Shown: piece after piece, positions 18,001 through 27,300 of the stretch
How the letters are laid out: each line of letters starts with the position of its first letter
Numbering within the stretch: position 1 is the first letter of the stretch
Source of the DNA: a virus
Lineage: Duplodnaviria > Caudoviricetes
Length of the DNA: 64,000 bases
IMG/VR virus record: IMGVR_UViG_3300048575_000392
Location: 12,145-76,144 of that record
Strand: one strand, 5' to 3'
The notes under the pieces: model-generated
Seen by the model: the letters and a program-made list of their open reading frames with translations, nothing else
Told to the model about the DNA's origin: nothing
Databases searched by the model: none
Made by a program: the position numbers and the translations under genes

Positions 18001-20030
18001 ATCGTCACCACCTTGCTTCCGCCGACCGAATCGATGGCATAGTCGTCTTTCGACAGCCCGAGGGCGTGCATCCTGACGATCGCGTCCTCGTTCGAGATAT
18101 CCCCGAGGTTGACCTCCAGGCTTTCCGGGTCTTTCGAGCCCTTGAGCTCCACAACCATAGCCGCGGAGGCTTCGAGGCTCCCAAGGGCCTGGCCGATGAT
18201 GCGATTCGCCTCATCGAGGTAGGAAAGCCGTGACTCGTTGAGCTCGGCCGCGGCCGCGAGGTCGGCGGGGTTGGCCGCGATCTCTTCCTTGATCGATTCG
18301 GCTCGCGCGAGGAGGTCCTTTCCCCTCTCGATGGCCTCGGAGGCGATGGTCTCGTTGACGGCTTCGTGGTAGCGCGCCATGCCCTCCGCGAAGGTCTTGT
18401 AGTCCTCCGTGGACATCGATCGGCGAGCCATCATCGCTAGGAGCTTCGAACTCGCCCCGACCCCGAGAAGGTCGACAGCATCGCGGTCGAGGCCTTCCGT
18501 CTTCATGGCTGCCAGGGCGATAGAGTTGAAACCGGAGTAGTTGCCGTTGGCTATCCACTTCTCGGCGCCGCCGGGGTTCTTCGCGATCGCGTCGAGAAGG
18601 GAGGAGTGAACGGTCGCCTGGCGCTCCGTCTTGATTCTCTCAGCCTCGCTCTCGAGGTCGGCGTCCAGGAGCTCGTGGAAGTCCAGCGTGACGCCCTTGC
18701 CGTAGGCGAGGTCCTCGACTGAATCGGCGGCTTCGTCGGCCGTCCCGTCGAGCTTGATTTGGGTCCCGCCGTCCTTCTTCTTGTCGAGCTCGGCGAGCTT
18801 CTTCTTCATCTCCAGATAGTGCTTCAGGACCTCCGTCTTCTTGTCCACCTCGGCTATTGGGGCGCGGGGCGTCTCCTCGCGCTCGTACATGTCGTTCTTG
18901 ACGCCGTTGATCCGCCGGTTCGTCTCAATGCCGCGGGTGATCATGAAGGCCAGACTGGGGTTATCCTTTGCGATCTCGGCCATGCGCTCGGAGAACATCT
19001 CGTCCTTCTCCTGCTTCAAGGCCTCCTCGTCCAGACCGCCCTTCTTTTCGGCGCTCTCCCGGTATCCGGCCACGAAGCCCTTGCCGTGCCCGGAATTCTC
19101 CTTTTTGAGCACTTCCCCGGCGCCGGTGTCTCCGCCAAGGCCGGCCTCCACCTGCGCCCGCAGGTCCGCGTCGCCGATGAGCTCGCGCTGTATCTGCCTC
19201 ACGGCATCCTTAGCTGAGGACATGAAGTTCGCCCTCTGGCTCTTGACGGCGCGCTCCTCGGCCTTCTTGTTGACTTCGAGCTCCTTCTCCAGCCGCTTCA
19301 CGGCCACCTTGTCCCCGTCCTCCTCGGCCTGCGTCATCTCTTCGAGGAGGGCCTTCCGCGGCTGGGCGAAGTCTTCCTCGATCGGGGACGGGTCCCACCC
19401 CATGAGGTCGGCCATGTAGGAGGTGAAACCCTCTTCGGCCTCAGCTCGGGCCTTCTTTTCTTCCGCCACGGCCTGTTTTTGCAGATCCTTGGCTGCCTTC
19501 TTCTGGGACTTGTACTCCTTCCGCTCGTCGGCGCCCATGCGGGAGACTTCCTCTTGCTCTCGGAGCTTCTCCTCGAGCTGCTTCCGCTTCTTGTCTTCCT
19601 TCCGCTGCTCCATCGCCTGGGCGTACTCGTCCTTGCTCTTGATCTTGTTCAGCTTGAGCCCGTTGAGCTTGCCGCCGGCGCCGGCGATGACGTGGGCCGT
19701 CCCGCTGCCGGTATCCTGGATTAGGACCGGAGTCCCGTCTTCTGCCCCATTTGGATGGACCGTGATCCACCGCGCACCCCGCGGAAGAGCCGCCTTCGCC
19801 TTCGGGGCGGCAGCCTGGCGCTCTCCTCCGGTTCCGGCGCCGATGGACTCGGCCTTCTGGAGGCGGATGTACTCCCGCGCCACGCGGAGCGACTTCTGCA
19901 TGGTGAAATACTCGCGGATCGAGAGTTCGGTATACCCGTCGGGCTCTACGTCCAGGACGCCGGACTTCCGAAGCTGTTCGAGCCCCTCGGGCCTGTATGC
20001 GTAGCTTTCGATTCTGTAGAACATGCTCAC
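15063..20030 (-). CDS. Large polyvalent protein with C-terminal SNF2-family helicase
   Basis: 1655 aa; FGTGKGKT, TVDEAH, SDAGATGLNLQ and QREGRIDR motifs; N-terminal ARWITVHPNG segment. Confidence 0.8.
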   Translation of the reverse strand: MSMFYRIESYAYRPEGLEQLRKSGVLDVEPDGYTELSIREYFTMQKSLRVAREYIRLQKAESIGAGTGGERQAAAPKAKAALPRGARWITVHPNGAEDGTPVLIQDTGSGTAHVIAGAGGKLNGLKLNKIKSKDEYAQAMEQRKEDKKRKQLEEKLREQEEVSRMGADERKEYKSQKKAAKDLQKQAVAEEKKARAEAEEGFTSYMADLMGWDPSPIEEDFAQPRKALLEEMTQAEEDGDKVAVKRLEKELEVNKKAEERAVKSQRANFMSSAKDAVRQIQRELIGDADLRAQVEAGLGGDTGAGEVLKKENSGHGKGFVAGYRESAEKKGGLDEEALKQEKDEMFSERMAEIAKDNPSLAFMITRGIETNRRINGVKNDMYEREETPRAPIAEVDKKTEVLKHYLEMKKKLAELDKKKDGGTQIKLDGTADEAADSVEDLAYGKGVTLDFHELLDADLESEAERIKTERQATVHSSLLDAIAKNPGGAEKWIANGNYSGFNSIALAAMKTEGLDRDAVDLLGVGASSKLLAMMARRSMSTEDYKTFAEGMARYHEAVNETIASEAIERGKDLLARAESIKEEIAANPADLAAAAELNESRLSYLDEANRIIGQALGSLEASAAMVVELKGSKDPESLEVNLGDISNEDAIVRMHALGLSKDDYAIDSVGGSKVVTIKTPDKLIHPVDAEELQIEEEVDAIKAGERDEENWLPAGLVRRDAESFDDPGPDTETPAGDVDNQSLGDDAEAIHKTEEAVHRTLGEMPEGAFAFKLLEDLTPQDQTDLRRYWERNIYKGSMAEATSGQNLATGKAASRQGAWAKFLKGENGGSEEAAFAAIRQDLIENHSTEDMFGEKDIPPLARVVPGNWATYRANVDGARELFDAIDDLRDPSMVTDAAAAEREVKKLEGELPGKLEELYQSQMKDHYLKWMSGHTEEEFNAGESRQEKSPWGEYARMHGDTDRAQAAIIDRIRGDFTERFIKNYGRVTGKKLATKVEKIRNAQDHVLGMLHKDVRDSYTDRFKREMGEAGGELANRANGRFASGSWKDKLGEYIEEKKRAEAAQGDMFGGDDLKQDDGTEILSIGRRAETQLASMIPDLSRNQLRGQRYAVSTMQAKGERQRAIKMFEATKRMNLTFGTGKGKTIISIGAFTELKSKGKAKRAIFAVPSVVLSQFGNEVNVFCEPGKYRVKSDPSLSRDDRIQAMKDGKLDMVVFTHQSLRDDMVHLMAKHNDKDPEAMKAHFNAQSPEERQRLLGEALKKEGIAFDMLTVDEAHYTTNRKGKEDTTLSNVIDALNQNVTYFMNQTATPVKNDISEAFDMLHKVAPDRFNDRNEFIKRYGVDSDFARRSLQRLISRYNYASPTVTGVKKVSKKEIVPLTGEQAAEYANVETMFQRASKAQRSGTVDVEAMRALSPSSFRNQPEAKHEEIARRLQESSGTIKEEALNRVVNQFDWKKNAKISRAVDIIEKKVYEEANPKTASQAGDRKPGVIFAHNIQTVENLRAALEAKGCRVGIIQGSMNGAEKEKVKVGFNPPNPKDRIYDIILCSDAGATGLNLQNAAYLMNFDLPQTSWVKQQREGRIDRMGQAHKEIEYHDIVSDTEHEKKKWERIQRKKAIGSIFEEDPGVLDDTGLAATIAAVRQDRYNQGIDKEKAA

Positions 20031-23000
20031 CTCACGATCAGCTTTTTGCCGTGATTCGCCTTCTTGAAGGCCTCTTCCTTGAACGCCTCGATGCTCGTCT
20101 CATCCATCCGGCCGAAGAATCCGGGCCGGTCATACTGTTTCAAGTAGGCCGCCTTGGCCTCCTCGGGGCCGTCGAAGCCGAACATGATCTTGTCCTCGTC
20201 GTAGTCCCCGGTCACCGGGTCGTTCTGATGGACCACGAAGACCTTCTCCGACTCGGTATCGGGGCCGATGTAGCAGTCGAGGTGGTCCTTATCCTTCCCG
20301 ACGGTCCCTCGGATGTACCCGTAGTCGAAGTGCATCTTCGTTTCCCACTCGTGGCCGTCCTTGTCGACGCCGCGGCGGACGCTGCCCTTCCGGTTCTCGA
20401 TGCTGATGTCCATGCCCTGGAGCGTCGTCCTGCCCTGGAGCTTATGCCCGCTCCAGGTCTCGGCCTTCTCTAGGCGGAGAGCCTTGAGGAGCTCGTCGTC
20501 CTCAACGAAGAAACGCTCGACGAGGGGGAGGACCTTCGCCTCGTAGACCTCCTGCTTGGGATGATTCCCGCGCTTGTTCCAGGTTTCCTGGTATTCGGCC
20601 TGGGCTTCGCGCTTCGTGGCGAAGAACTGCTCGAGCGCGCGGGCGAAGCACTCGCAGGTACGGTTCTGGTAATCCGAGGTCTGGGCCGTGGCCATGTTCG
20701 AGCGGAACGTCCGCGCGATCTGGCCGGGGAGCGAGGACCAATCGTCCGAGGCGTAAAAGTGGCGCCCTCCCCGCGTGCCGAGGTAGTTGTCCATGAAGTG
20801 CGCCCACTCGTGCGCGAGCGTGAACCCGAAGCCGGTTTCGCCGTTCTGCATGGTGACGCCGATCGCATGATGGGCAGGAAAGTAGACGCCGGCCGCGTTC
20901 CGGGCGTGCATGAGCACCTTCCCGGAGTGGCTCACCTTGAGGCCGAAGCCTTTGGCCATGGAGGAGCGGTTCCCATAGATGCTGTATACCGCGTCCAGGG
21001 CGGTCTTGATGTCCTGGATCTCCTTCGTGTTGATCGCGTCGCCATTCTGGCGCTTCACGAGCACGCCGTACTCGTCCAGGAGGTCCTTCCTCGTCCCCTT
21101 GTCGCCGTAGGCCGTCTCCTGCCCCTTGGCATAGGCGGAATAGTTCTCCTCGATCTGGATGTTCATGTCGGAGAGCTTCTGCTTCATGTCGACGACGGCC
21201 TCTCGGATAGGCTTCCACCTCGCCGAGCCCTGCACGTCGAGAAGGGCGGAGGCCATGGAAAGCGTCGTCCTCATGGCCTTGTTCTCTCCGAGCATCCTCA
21301 CGGAGGTCTTCTTGAGCCTCATGCCGGAATAGAGCTTCGCCTGCTTTTCGTCGTACTCCTTCGCTCGGACCTTCGCCCGCTTCAGGTAGTAGTCCTGCAT
21401 CGCAGCCAGGACATCGACCCCGACTCGGGCGTAAAGCACGCCCAAGGAAGCCTTCCCGTCGCCAAGGCGCACCATGTAGTCGCCGTCGCCGAGCTTCACG
21501 GCCTCGACGCGGTTCCCCGAGCTGTCGAAGTACCTGTCGTCGATTCGGGGTATCCAGCCAGGCGCGGGCTTCCCCAGAATATCCTTCTCGGAGGCGAGGC
21601 TGATCTTGACGGGGATCGCATCCCGGAAGTCGAGGTACTCCACCTTGTCGCCCTTCACGCGCCGCGGCTCGAAGGTGTAGGGCTCCGGAGGCCGCTCCTC
21701 CAGCTTCGCGCCGAAGAGCTGGGCCTCGGTGGCGGCCCGCGTCTCGGGCGAGGCCTTGGCCATGAGGGCGGCCACTTTGTCGGGTTCCCTCTCAGGGATA
21801 ATCTCCTTGATGTCCTCGGGCTTCACGGCGAGCATCTCCCTGTCCGCGAGGACGTGGGACACGCCGCCGGCGAAGTAGCTGATCTTCCCGATGGCCTTCT
21901 TACCGTTCTTCCCCTTGAACGACACCTTGGCGCCGTTCTTGAGCTGGGCGAGGAGCTTCTGGCGCCAGAGGGCCTCCTCGACCTCCGCCTCGGCGAACAT
22001 GTCGAACTGCACCCCGAGGGGGGTGTCTTTCTTGGCCTCCGCGGGAAGGACCCACACGGTCGTCTCGAAGCGCGTCCCGTCCCTCGTCACGAAGACCTTC
22101 TTCGGTACCAGCTTCGGGTTCCTGCGCGATTTCTCCAGCATGGGGATGATGAAAAGGGCCTTCCTGAGCGACTCCGACTCTTGCAAGTCGCTATTAGCGG
22201 CGGTATACTCTGAGGTGGAGGGTCTGGAAATGCCTAACATCGAATCCAAAGACATGGACTTCTTCGAGCGCGAGGACGTGCCCTTCGCCCGCGACAACGC
22301 CTCCCGGAAGTGCTTCCGCGTCTTCTCCGACAGCTCCTTGAAGGAATCCCCGATCACCCTCGCCGACTTGATGGTGAACGGCCGCGCGATCTCGAAGGAC
22401 GAGGCCCTGCGGTTGGCGAAAGCCTCCGGAGACTGACTCGCCGCCCACGCTTCCTGATACAGCGCTATCTGTGCGCCCCCGACCAATCGAGTGATCTTGT
22501 CGTTCTTCGGCTCATCCTTCAGCTCCCGCCACACCTCATAGAACACGTGCCCTTCGCTCTTGGCCTCGGCCATCGCCTTCGTGGTGAGCTGGACCTCGGA
22601 TATCATCCCATTCGGTAGCTTCACGTTCATGTTGATGTCACGGTACCCGACCGGCGAAGGCGTGGCGAAGTTGTTCTTCAGTCTCATCACCCGCGGGTCC
22701 GCCATGAAGAACTCCACGGCGGCCGCCATGGATTCCAGCCCGTCGAATATCAGGGTATGGCCGTCGAAGTCGTAGACCTGGGAGGCGTCGGGGGCGCAGT
22801 CCTCGCGCATCTTCTCCTCAACGCGGCCGCGGTCCTTCAGCTTGTCCCGAGACTGCACTTCGAGGGCCCCGAGCTTCTTCGCGGCCTCTTCGACGGAGGC
22901 CTTGAACCCCGCCCTGGCGTCCTCCGCGAGGCGGTAGAGCTCCTCGATATCCTTGGAGGGCTGCACGAGGTTCTTCTTGTCGATTCTCTTCTGGTAGTCC

Positions 23001-23872
23001 GGGTCGAGAAGATGCTCCACCTGTTCCGATGAATGCCGAGGGGAGGAGGCCTCTTCGCCCGCCGGCCGCCGCGGGGTGGCCTCCTCGTCTCCAGGGCGGA
23101 CGTAGCGCATCTGCTTGACGATGGCCCCGTCCTTTCGATGCACGTCGACGGCCCGCCGGACCAAGCGGGAGAGGTCACGCGCTTTCGCGAGGATAGGAAC
23201 CGCGAGGAGCGCCGACATCGCCTTCTTGAGTCCGAGCCTCTTCGCCGATTCGATGGCCGCCGGCTCGTCAACCAGGCCAGCCTCGATGAGCTTCTTGTAG
23301 TAGTCGGGATCTTCCTTGAGGTGGTCCTCGGCGATCTTGCGGGCCTCCGCGCGGCCTTCGTGGTGCTCCATCTCGACCTTGATACCCACAGCCAGCTCGG
23401 GGTTATGGGTTTCGGCTACACCGAGGAGCTCCTTTTCCGTCAAAAGGCCCGCCGAGGATACTGCCTTCCACACGGGGCTCGATTTCTGAATGACGAGCTT
23501 CTTCGCGACTTCCCTGCGCTCCGTCCTGGCCTGGGGCCGAACCTCGTCGAACTTGGAAATGATCGCGAGCTTCCCGTCCTTGAGCCCTACGCCGAGGACT
23601 ACTCCGCGCTGCCAGTCGCCACCGGCCTCGAAGTAGGCGATGTCCTTCCCGTAGCGGATAAGCTCGCAGTTCTCGAGGTCGAGCCCCTGAGGGAATCCAT
23701 CCAGGTCTTTCAGCTTGCTCTTGTTGCCGTAGATGTCGATCTTCCCATCTTCCCCCGCGAACAGCTTCATGAAGGCCGCGTAGAATCGGCTATCCAGTCC
23801 TCCCTCGGGGATCGATTTCGCTACGAGGCTCTCCTCGTTGTCGGTGTTCTTCCTGATATACAATCCGGGCAT
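20027..23872 (-). CDS. Large polyvalent protein: DUF5661-like, RelA/SpoT-type synthetase, KOW-like, zincin/LPD1-like and inorganic pyrophosphatase domains
   Basis: GIKVEMEH...DHLKEDPDYY; LKDRGRVEEK/DFDG/GYRDINMNV/EVQL/GHVFYE; AHEWAH and ECFARALEQ; YGYIRGTVGKDKDHLDCYIG...YDEDKIMFGF. Confidence 0.8.
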   Translation of the reverse strand: MPGLYIRKNTDNEESLVAKSIPEGGLDSRFYAAFMKLFAGEDGKIDIYGNKSKLKDLDGFPQGLDLENCELIRYGKDIAYFEAGGDWQRGVVLGVGLKDGKLAIISKFDEVRPQARTERREVAKKLVIQKSSPVWKAVSSAGLLTEKELLGVAETHNPELAVGIKVEMEHHEGRAEARKIAEDHLKEDPDYYKKLIEAGLVDEPAAIESAKRLGLKKAMSALLAVPILAKARDLSRLVRRAVDVHRKDGAIVKQMRYVRPGDEEATPRRPAGEEASSPRHSSEQVEHLLDPDYQKRIDKKNLVQPSKDIEELYRLAEDARAGFKASVEEAAKKLGALEVQSRDKLKDRGRVEEKMREDCAPDASQVYDFDGHTLIFDGLESMAAAVEFFMADPRVMRLKNNFATPSPVGYRDINMNVKLPNGMISEVQLTTKAMAEAKSEGHVFYEVWRELKDEPKNDKITRLVGGAQIALYQEAWAASQSPEAFANRRASSFEIARPFTIKSARVIGDSFKELSEKTRKHFREALSRAKGTSSRSKKSMSLDSMLGISRPSTSEYTAANSDLQESESLRKALFIIPMLEKSRRNPKLVPKKVFVTRDGTRFETTVWVLPAEAKKDTPLGVQFDMFAEAEVEEALWRQKLLAQLKNGAKVSFKGKNGKKAIGKISYFAGGVSHVLADREMLAVKPEDIKEIIPEREPDKVAALMAKASPETRAATEAQLFGAKLEERPPEPYTFEPRRVKGDKVEYLDFRDAIPVKISLASEKDILGKPAPGWIPRIDDRYFDSSGNRVEAVKLGDGDYMVRLGDGKASLGVLYARVGVDVLAAMQDYYLKRAKVRAKEYDEKQAKLYSGMRLKKTSVRMLGENKAMRTTLSMASALLDVQGSARWKPIREAVVDMKQKLSDMNIQIEENYSAYAKGQETAYGDKGTRKDLLDEYGVLVKRQNGDAINTKEIQDIKTALDAVYSIYGNRSSMAKGFGLKVSHSGKVLMHARNAAGVYFPAHHAIGVTMQNGETGFGFTLAHEWAHFMDNYLGTRGGRHFYASDDWSSLPGQIARTFRSNMATAQTSDYQNRTCECFARALEQFFATKREAQAEYQETWNKRGNHPKQEVYEAKVLPLVERFFVEDDELLKALRLEKAETWSGHKLQGRTTLQGMDISIENRKGSVRRGVDKDGHEWETKMHFDYGYIRGTVGKDKDHLDCYIGPDTESEKVFVVHQNDPVTGDYDEDKIMFGFDGPEEAKAAYLKQYDRPGFFGRMDETSIEAFKEEAFKKANHGKKLIVR
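22181..22209 (+). promoter_or_regulatory. Near-consensus sigma70 promoter inside the polyvalent gene, on the antisense strand
   Basis: TTGCAA(22181-22186)-N17-TATACT(22204-22209), followed by GAGGTGGAGG RBS at 22212-22221. Confidence 0.75.
22230..22436 (+). CDS. Nested antisense 68-aa protein, candidate immunity/antitoxin for the RelA/SpoT domain
   Basis: MPNIESKDMDFFEREDVPFARDNASRKCFRVFSDSSLKESPITLADLMVNGRAISKDEALRLAKASGD; own promoter and RBS; GC3-rich phage-like codons. Confidence 0.72.
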   Translation: MPNIESKDMDFFEREDVPFARDNASRKCFRVFSDSSLKESPITLADLMVNGRAISKDEALRLAKASGD

Positions 23873-23942
23873 ATTGGCCTCCGTGCACGTTCGGTAATAG
23901 GTTTTTTCTATGGCTCGGGCGCCCCAGCGGCGCCCGGCCTAT

Positions 23943-24326
23943 TCAGAATCCCGCGTTCTCGTCGAAAAGCGTATAGGAATGGTCGACCCCCTCAGGATCG
24001 GTCCAGGAATGGTCGCTGACGTAGGCCTCTTGGCGGCCGTGGTAGTAGACCCCGGCCAGTACCGACCTGAAGAGGTCGCCGTGCCAGGCCCGCTCCTTCA
24101 TGAGCTCATCGCTGTAGGGGCCCATGAACCACGCCGACTTGTCGGGGTAGAACTGCCGTAGTGCATCCTTCACGGCCCACCAGTAGACCCCGAAGCTCTT
24201 GTAGATGCGGCGGTTCTTCTTCAGCATGTCCCCGATGCTGAGGGCGATCTGCTTCAGGTACTCGTCACCGCCCGGAACGCGGAGCTTGTTGACGAGGCCA
24301 TCCACGAATTCATTGTCGTAGAACAT
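23943..24326 (-). CDS. Hypothetical protein (YKSFGVYWWAVKDAL motif) following the DarB-like gene
   Basis: 127 aa, GGAGG RBS, typical codon usage. Confidence 0.65.
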   Translation of the reverse strand: MFYDNEFVDGLVNKLRVPGGDEYLKQIALSIGDMLKKNRRIYKSFGVYWWAVKDALRQFYPDKSAWFMGPYSDELMKERAWHGDLFRSVLAGVYYHGRQEAYVSDHSWTDPEGVDHSYTLFDENAGF

Positions 24327-24329
24327 GCT

Positions 24330-27300
24330 TCAGCCCTCCTTTCTCATTATACCCAGTCGCGGACCATTCCGGTAGATCATGCGCATCGACTTCTCGACCT
24401 GCGGGCGCTTCCTGAACGCATAGCCCGCCCTTCCGCCGTAGGCGCGGTTGTACTCGACCTCGTAGTCCGGGTTCATCTCGATGATGTCGTGGAGCTCATA
24501 GGCCGAGGCCCCGCGGACCCCGCGGCGCTTCATACGCTCCACGATGTCTTCCACGGGCTTCCAATAGGTCGAGGCCATGGAGTCGATATACTCGGCCTCC
24601 TTGTGGGCCCGGTAGGCCTTCATGGCCGGCTCCTTGAGCGCCTCGGCGATGCCTGTCTGCTCGAAGACCGGATCGTTGATCGCGCCGCCATCCGCCTCAG
24701 CCTCGCCCGAGCGCACGGCCGCGACGATCCGCGCCCGGTCCTCAGCGACATAGGGGTTGAGCGCCTCCTTGATGTCTTTCTCGGAGAAGGACCATCCCTT
24801 CGAGGCGATCTCAACCTTCCCCTCGGCGTTGACCTTGCAGTACCGGGTCTCCCGGTCGGGCGAGAGCCGGAGCATATCCCGATAGCGGTCCCGCTTGAAG
24901 GCTTCCGCCTGGCCGGCGAAGTCCGCCGGGGCATAGAGAGACTTGAGGCCGGACAGGTCTTCCTTTGTCGGGCTCGCTACGTGCGTCCAGTGCTCCCCGC
25001 CGCCCTGCTTCCACTCGACCCAATCGGAAGTCCACCCGCTCCCCTCCTGGGAAGCGGGCTTCAGGAGCATCGTCTGCTTCTTGTGGTTGATGGTCATGGC
25101 GACGAAGGGGCCGCTCCTCATCATGAACACGTCGCCCGGCTTGTAGACCCGACGCTCCGCCTTGTCGTAGATGAAGTCGGGCGGGTTGTCCTTGAGGAGC
25201 TCGAGATTCTGAAATTCCGGGTTGCCTCTGAGGGCCTCTTCCATGTTGTAGAGCTTCCGGAGGCGGTTCTGGTACTGGACGGTGCCCTTGTCCCCCTCGA
25301 AGCCGCGGATCGAGCCCCGCATGAGGCTGAGGGCCGCGAGCGTCTCGTGGACCTTCTGGGCGTTCGCCTCCTTGATCTTGCCGGTCTTGATCTTCTCCAT
25401 CTCCGCGCGCCGCTCGTTGGCCTTCTCCTTGTCGCCCCACTCTTCGGTGAGGGCGAGGAGGAGCTCGTCGGGATCTACGAAGGAGTCGTCGTTCGGGTTG
25501 GTGAAGACGTTGGACTTGGTGCGGAGAAGCTGGTCGATCCAGTTCGCCTTGTTCTGTACGAGGTTGACGGAGTAATTGTCGATCGTCCCCGCGGTGAGGT
25601 AGGTGTTGAGCGCCACGGATGCCTGCCTGTTCCCCTGGCGGTCGATACGGCCGTTCCTCTGGATGAAGTCCGACGGGCGGTAGGGGATGTCGAAGTGGTG
25701 AAGGGCAGCGCTGTTGTCCTGGAGGTTCACACCCTCGCCGAGGGTCGGCGTCGTCCCTATGATTACCTTGTACTTCCCCGCGTTGAAGCCATCGATCGCC
25801 GCCGACACCTCCTTCTCGAGCGCCGTGTCGCTCTTCTTCCCGCCGGCCTTCGTGATGCCGTTCACCACGACGATCTCGGAGTCCTTGAATCCCTGTGCGA
25901 CGAGGGCGGCCTTGATCTTGTCGTGCATGTTGAAAGAGCCGTCGCCTGAGAGGACGCGGTCGCAGAATACGACCTGCCCGCCTCCCGTCGCCTTGAAGCT
26001 CTCCATGGCGTTCTCAGCGAGCTTCGACAGCTTCGGGTTCTTCCACCCAGCGTACTTCGAGGGGTTGTAGAGCTCGAGGTCGAGCGAGGCCGTCCGCATC
26101 CGCGAGTAGAAGGTGAGGAAGCTCTGGCCGGGGTACTTCTCGGCCTTTTCGTCGTTCCCCAGGGCCTTGAATTCCTCGAGCTGGGCCGAGAGATCGCGAA
26201 GCACGCCCGTCTGGTCTTCCTGCATGGGGATGACGTTCGGGTTGTTGTTGGCCTTCGGCTTCGGGAGGCCGATCTTCGTGGGATCGTTCTGGAGGTCGGT
26301 GTACTTGAAGAACATGTCCTGGAGGGTCCGCAGGTTCTTGAATCCCTTGAGTACCTTCGCGTCTATGGTCTTGCCCGTGCCCCAGTCGCACTTCGGCTGC
26401 ACCTCTATATCGGCGAAATTCCGGATGAAGTCGTCGATCGTCCTTATGTTCAGGCGGTCGAGCTCCTCCGGCGCGACGTGCATGAGCATGTTGTAGTATT
26501 CGAGCGGGCTGTTCGTGAGCGGCGTGGCGGTGAGAAGGAAGACGTTCTTGCCGTCATGCCCCCGCCGGATGAACTCGCTCTTCTTGAACAGGCTCATGGC
26601 GCGGTCCGAGCGCCGACCGTCGTTCATCCCCGTATCGCGGGAGAGGCTCGAGCTGAAGAGGTTCTTGTAGTTGTGGGCCTCGTCCACGAACAGGGCATCG
26701 CAACCGAAGTCCTCGAAGTTGATGGTCTGGTTCGTCTTCCCGGCTTCGAGCTTCCCGCGAGCCGTCTCCTTGGCCTGCTCGATCTTTCGGGAGCTCTTCG
26801 CGGCCGCCTTGTCCATGATCTGGCCGGCTACGATGTCGTCGGTGATGCGCTGGTCCTCCTCGGGCCTAAGCTGTATCTCGGAGGCCGCGGACTCGGGAAG
26901 GACGATCACGTCGAAGTCCCCGTTCGCGAGCTCCTGGTACATCTTGTAGCGCTTCACCTGGTTCGAGTATCCCTCCGTCTCGGGGTCCACGGCGCCCACC
27001 TTGAGGCCGGGCATGGCCTTGGCGATCTCCTTGATCCAGTCCTTCACCTTGTTGTTCGGGACCTGGACCATGGGCCGCTTGATCTTCCCCTCCTGCCGGA
27101 GGAGCCCGATCAGGCCGATCGCGGCAAGGGTCTTCCCGAAGCCCGTCCCGAGCGCCGTGATGCCCTTCCCGGCCCGGTAGAGGTGGTGGATGGACTGCCA
27201 TTGATGCCCGCCCAGGACGATCTTGGGGCTCCATCCGTCGATTCTCACGGCGTAGGTCTTCGTCGGAGCCCCGATCTCCGCGTTGAACTTCCGGTTGTAG

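Noticed and set aside
21891-22229. N-terminal extension of track ORF 21891..22436
   Set aside because: Its first 113 aa are shadow-like, and the promoter and RBS point to ATG 22230 as the true start.
26230-26260. AAC-rich stretch considered as a DGR template repeat
   Set aside because: It encodes KANNNPN within the DarB-like helicase and does not resemble the variable region at 50190-50300.
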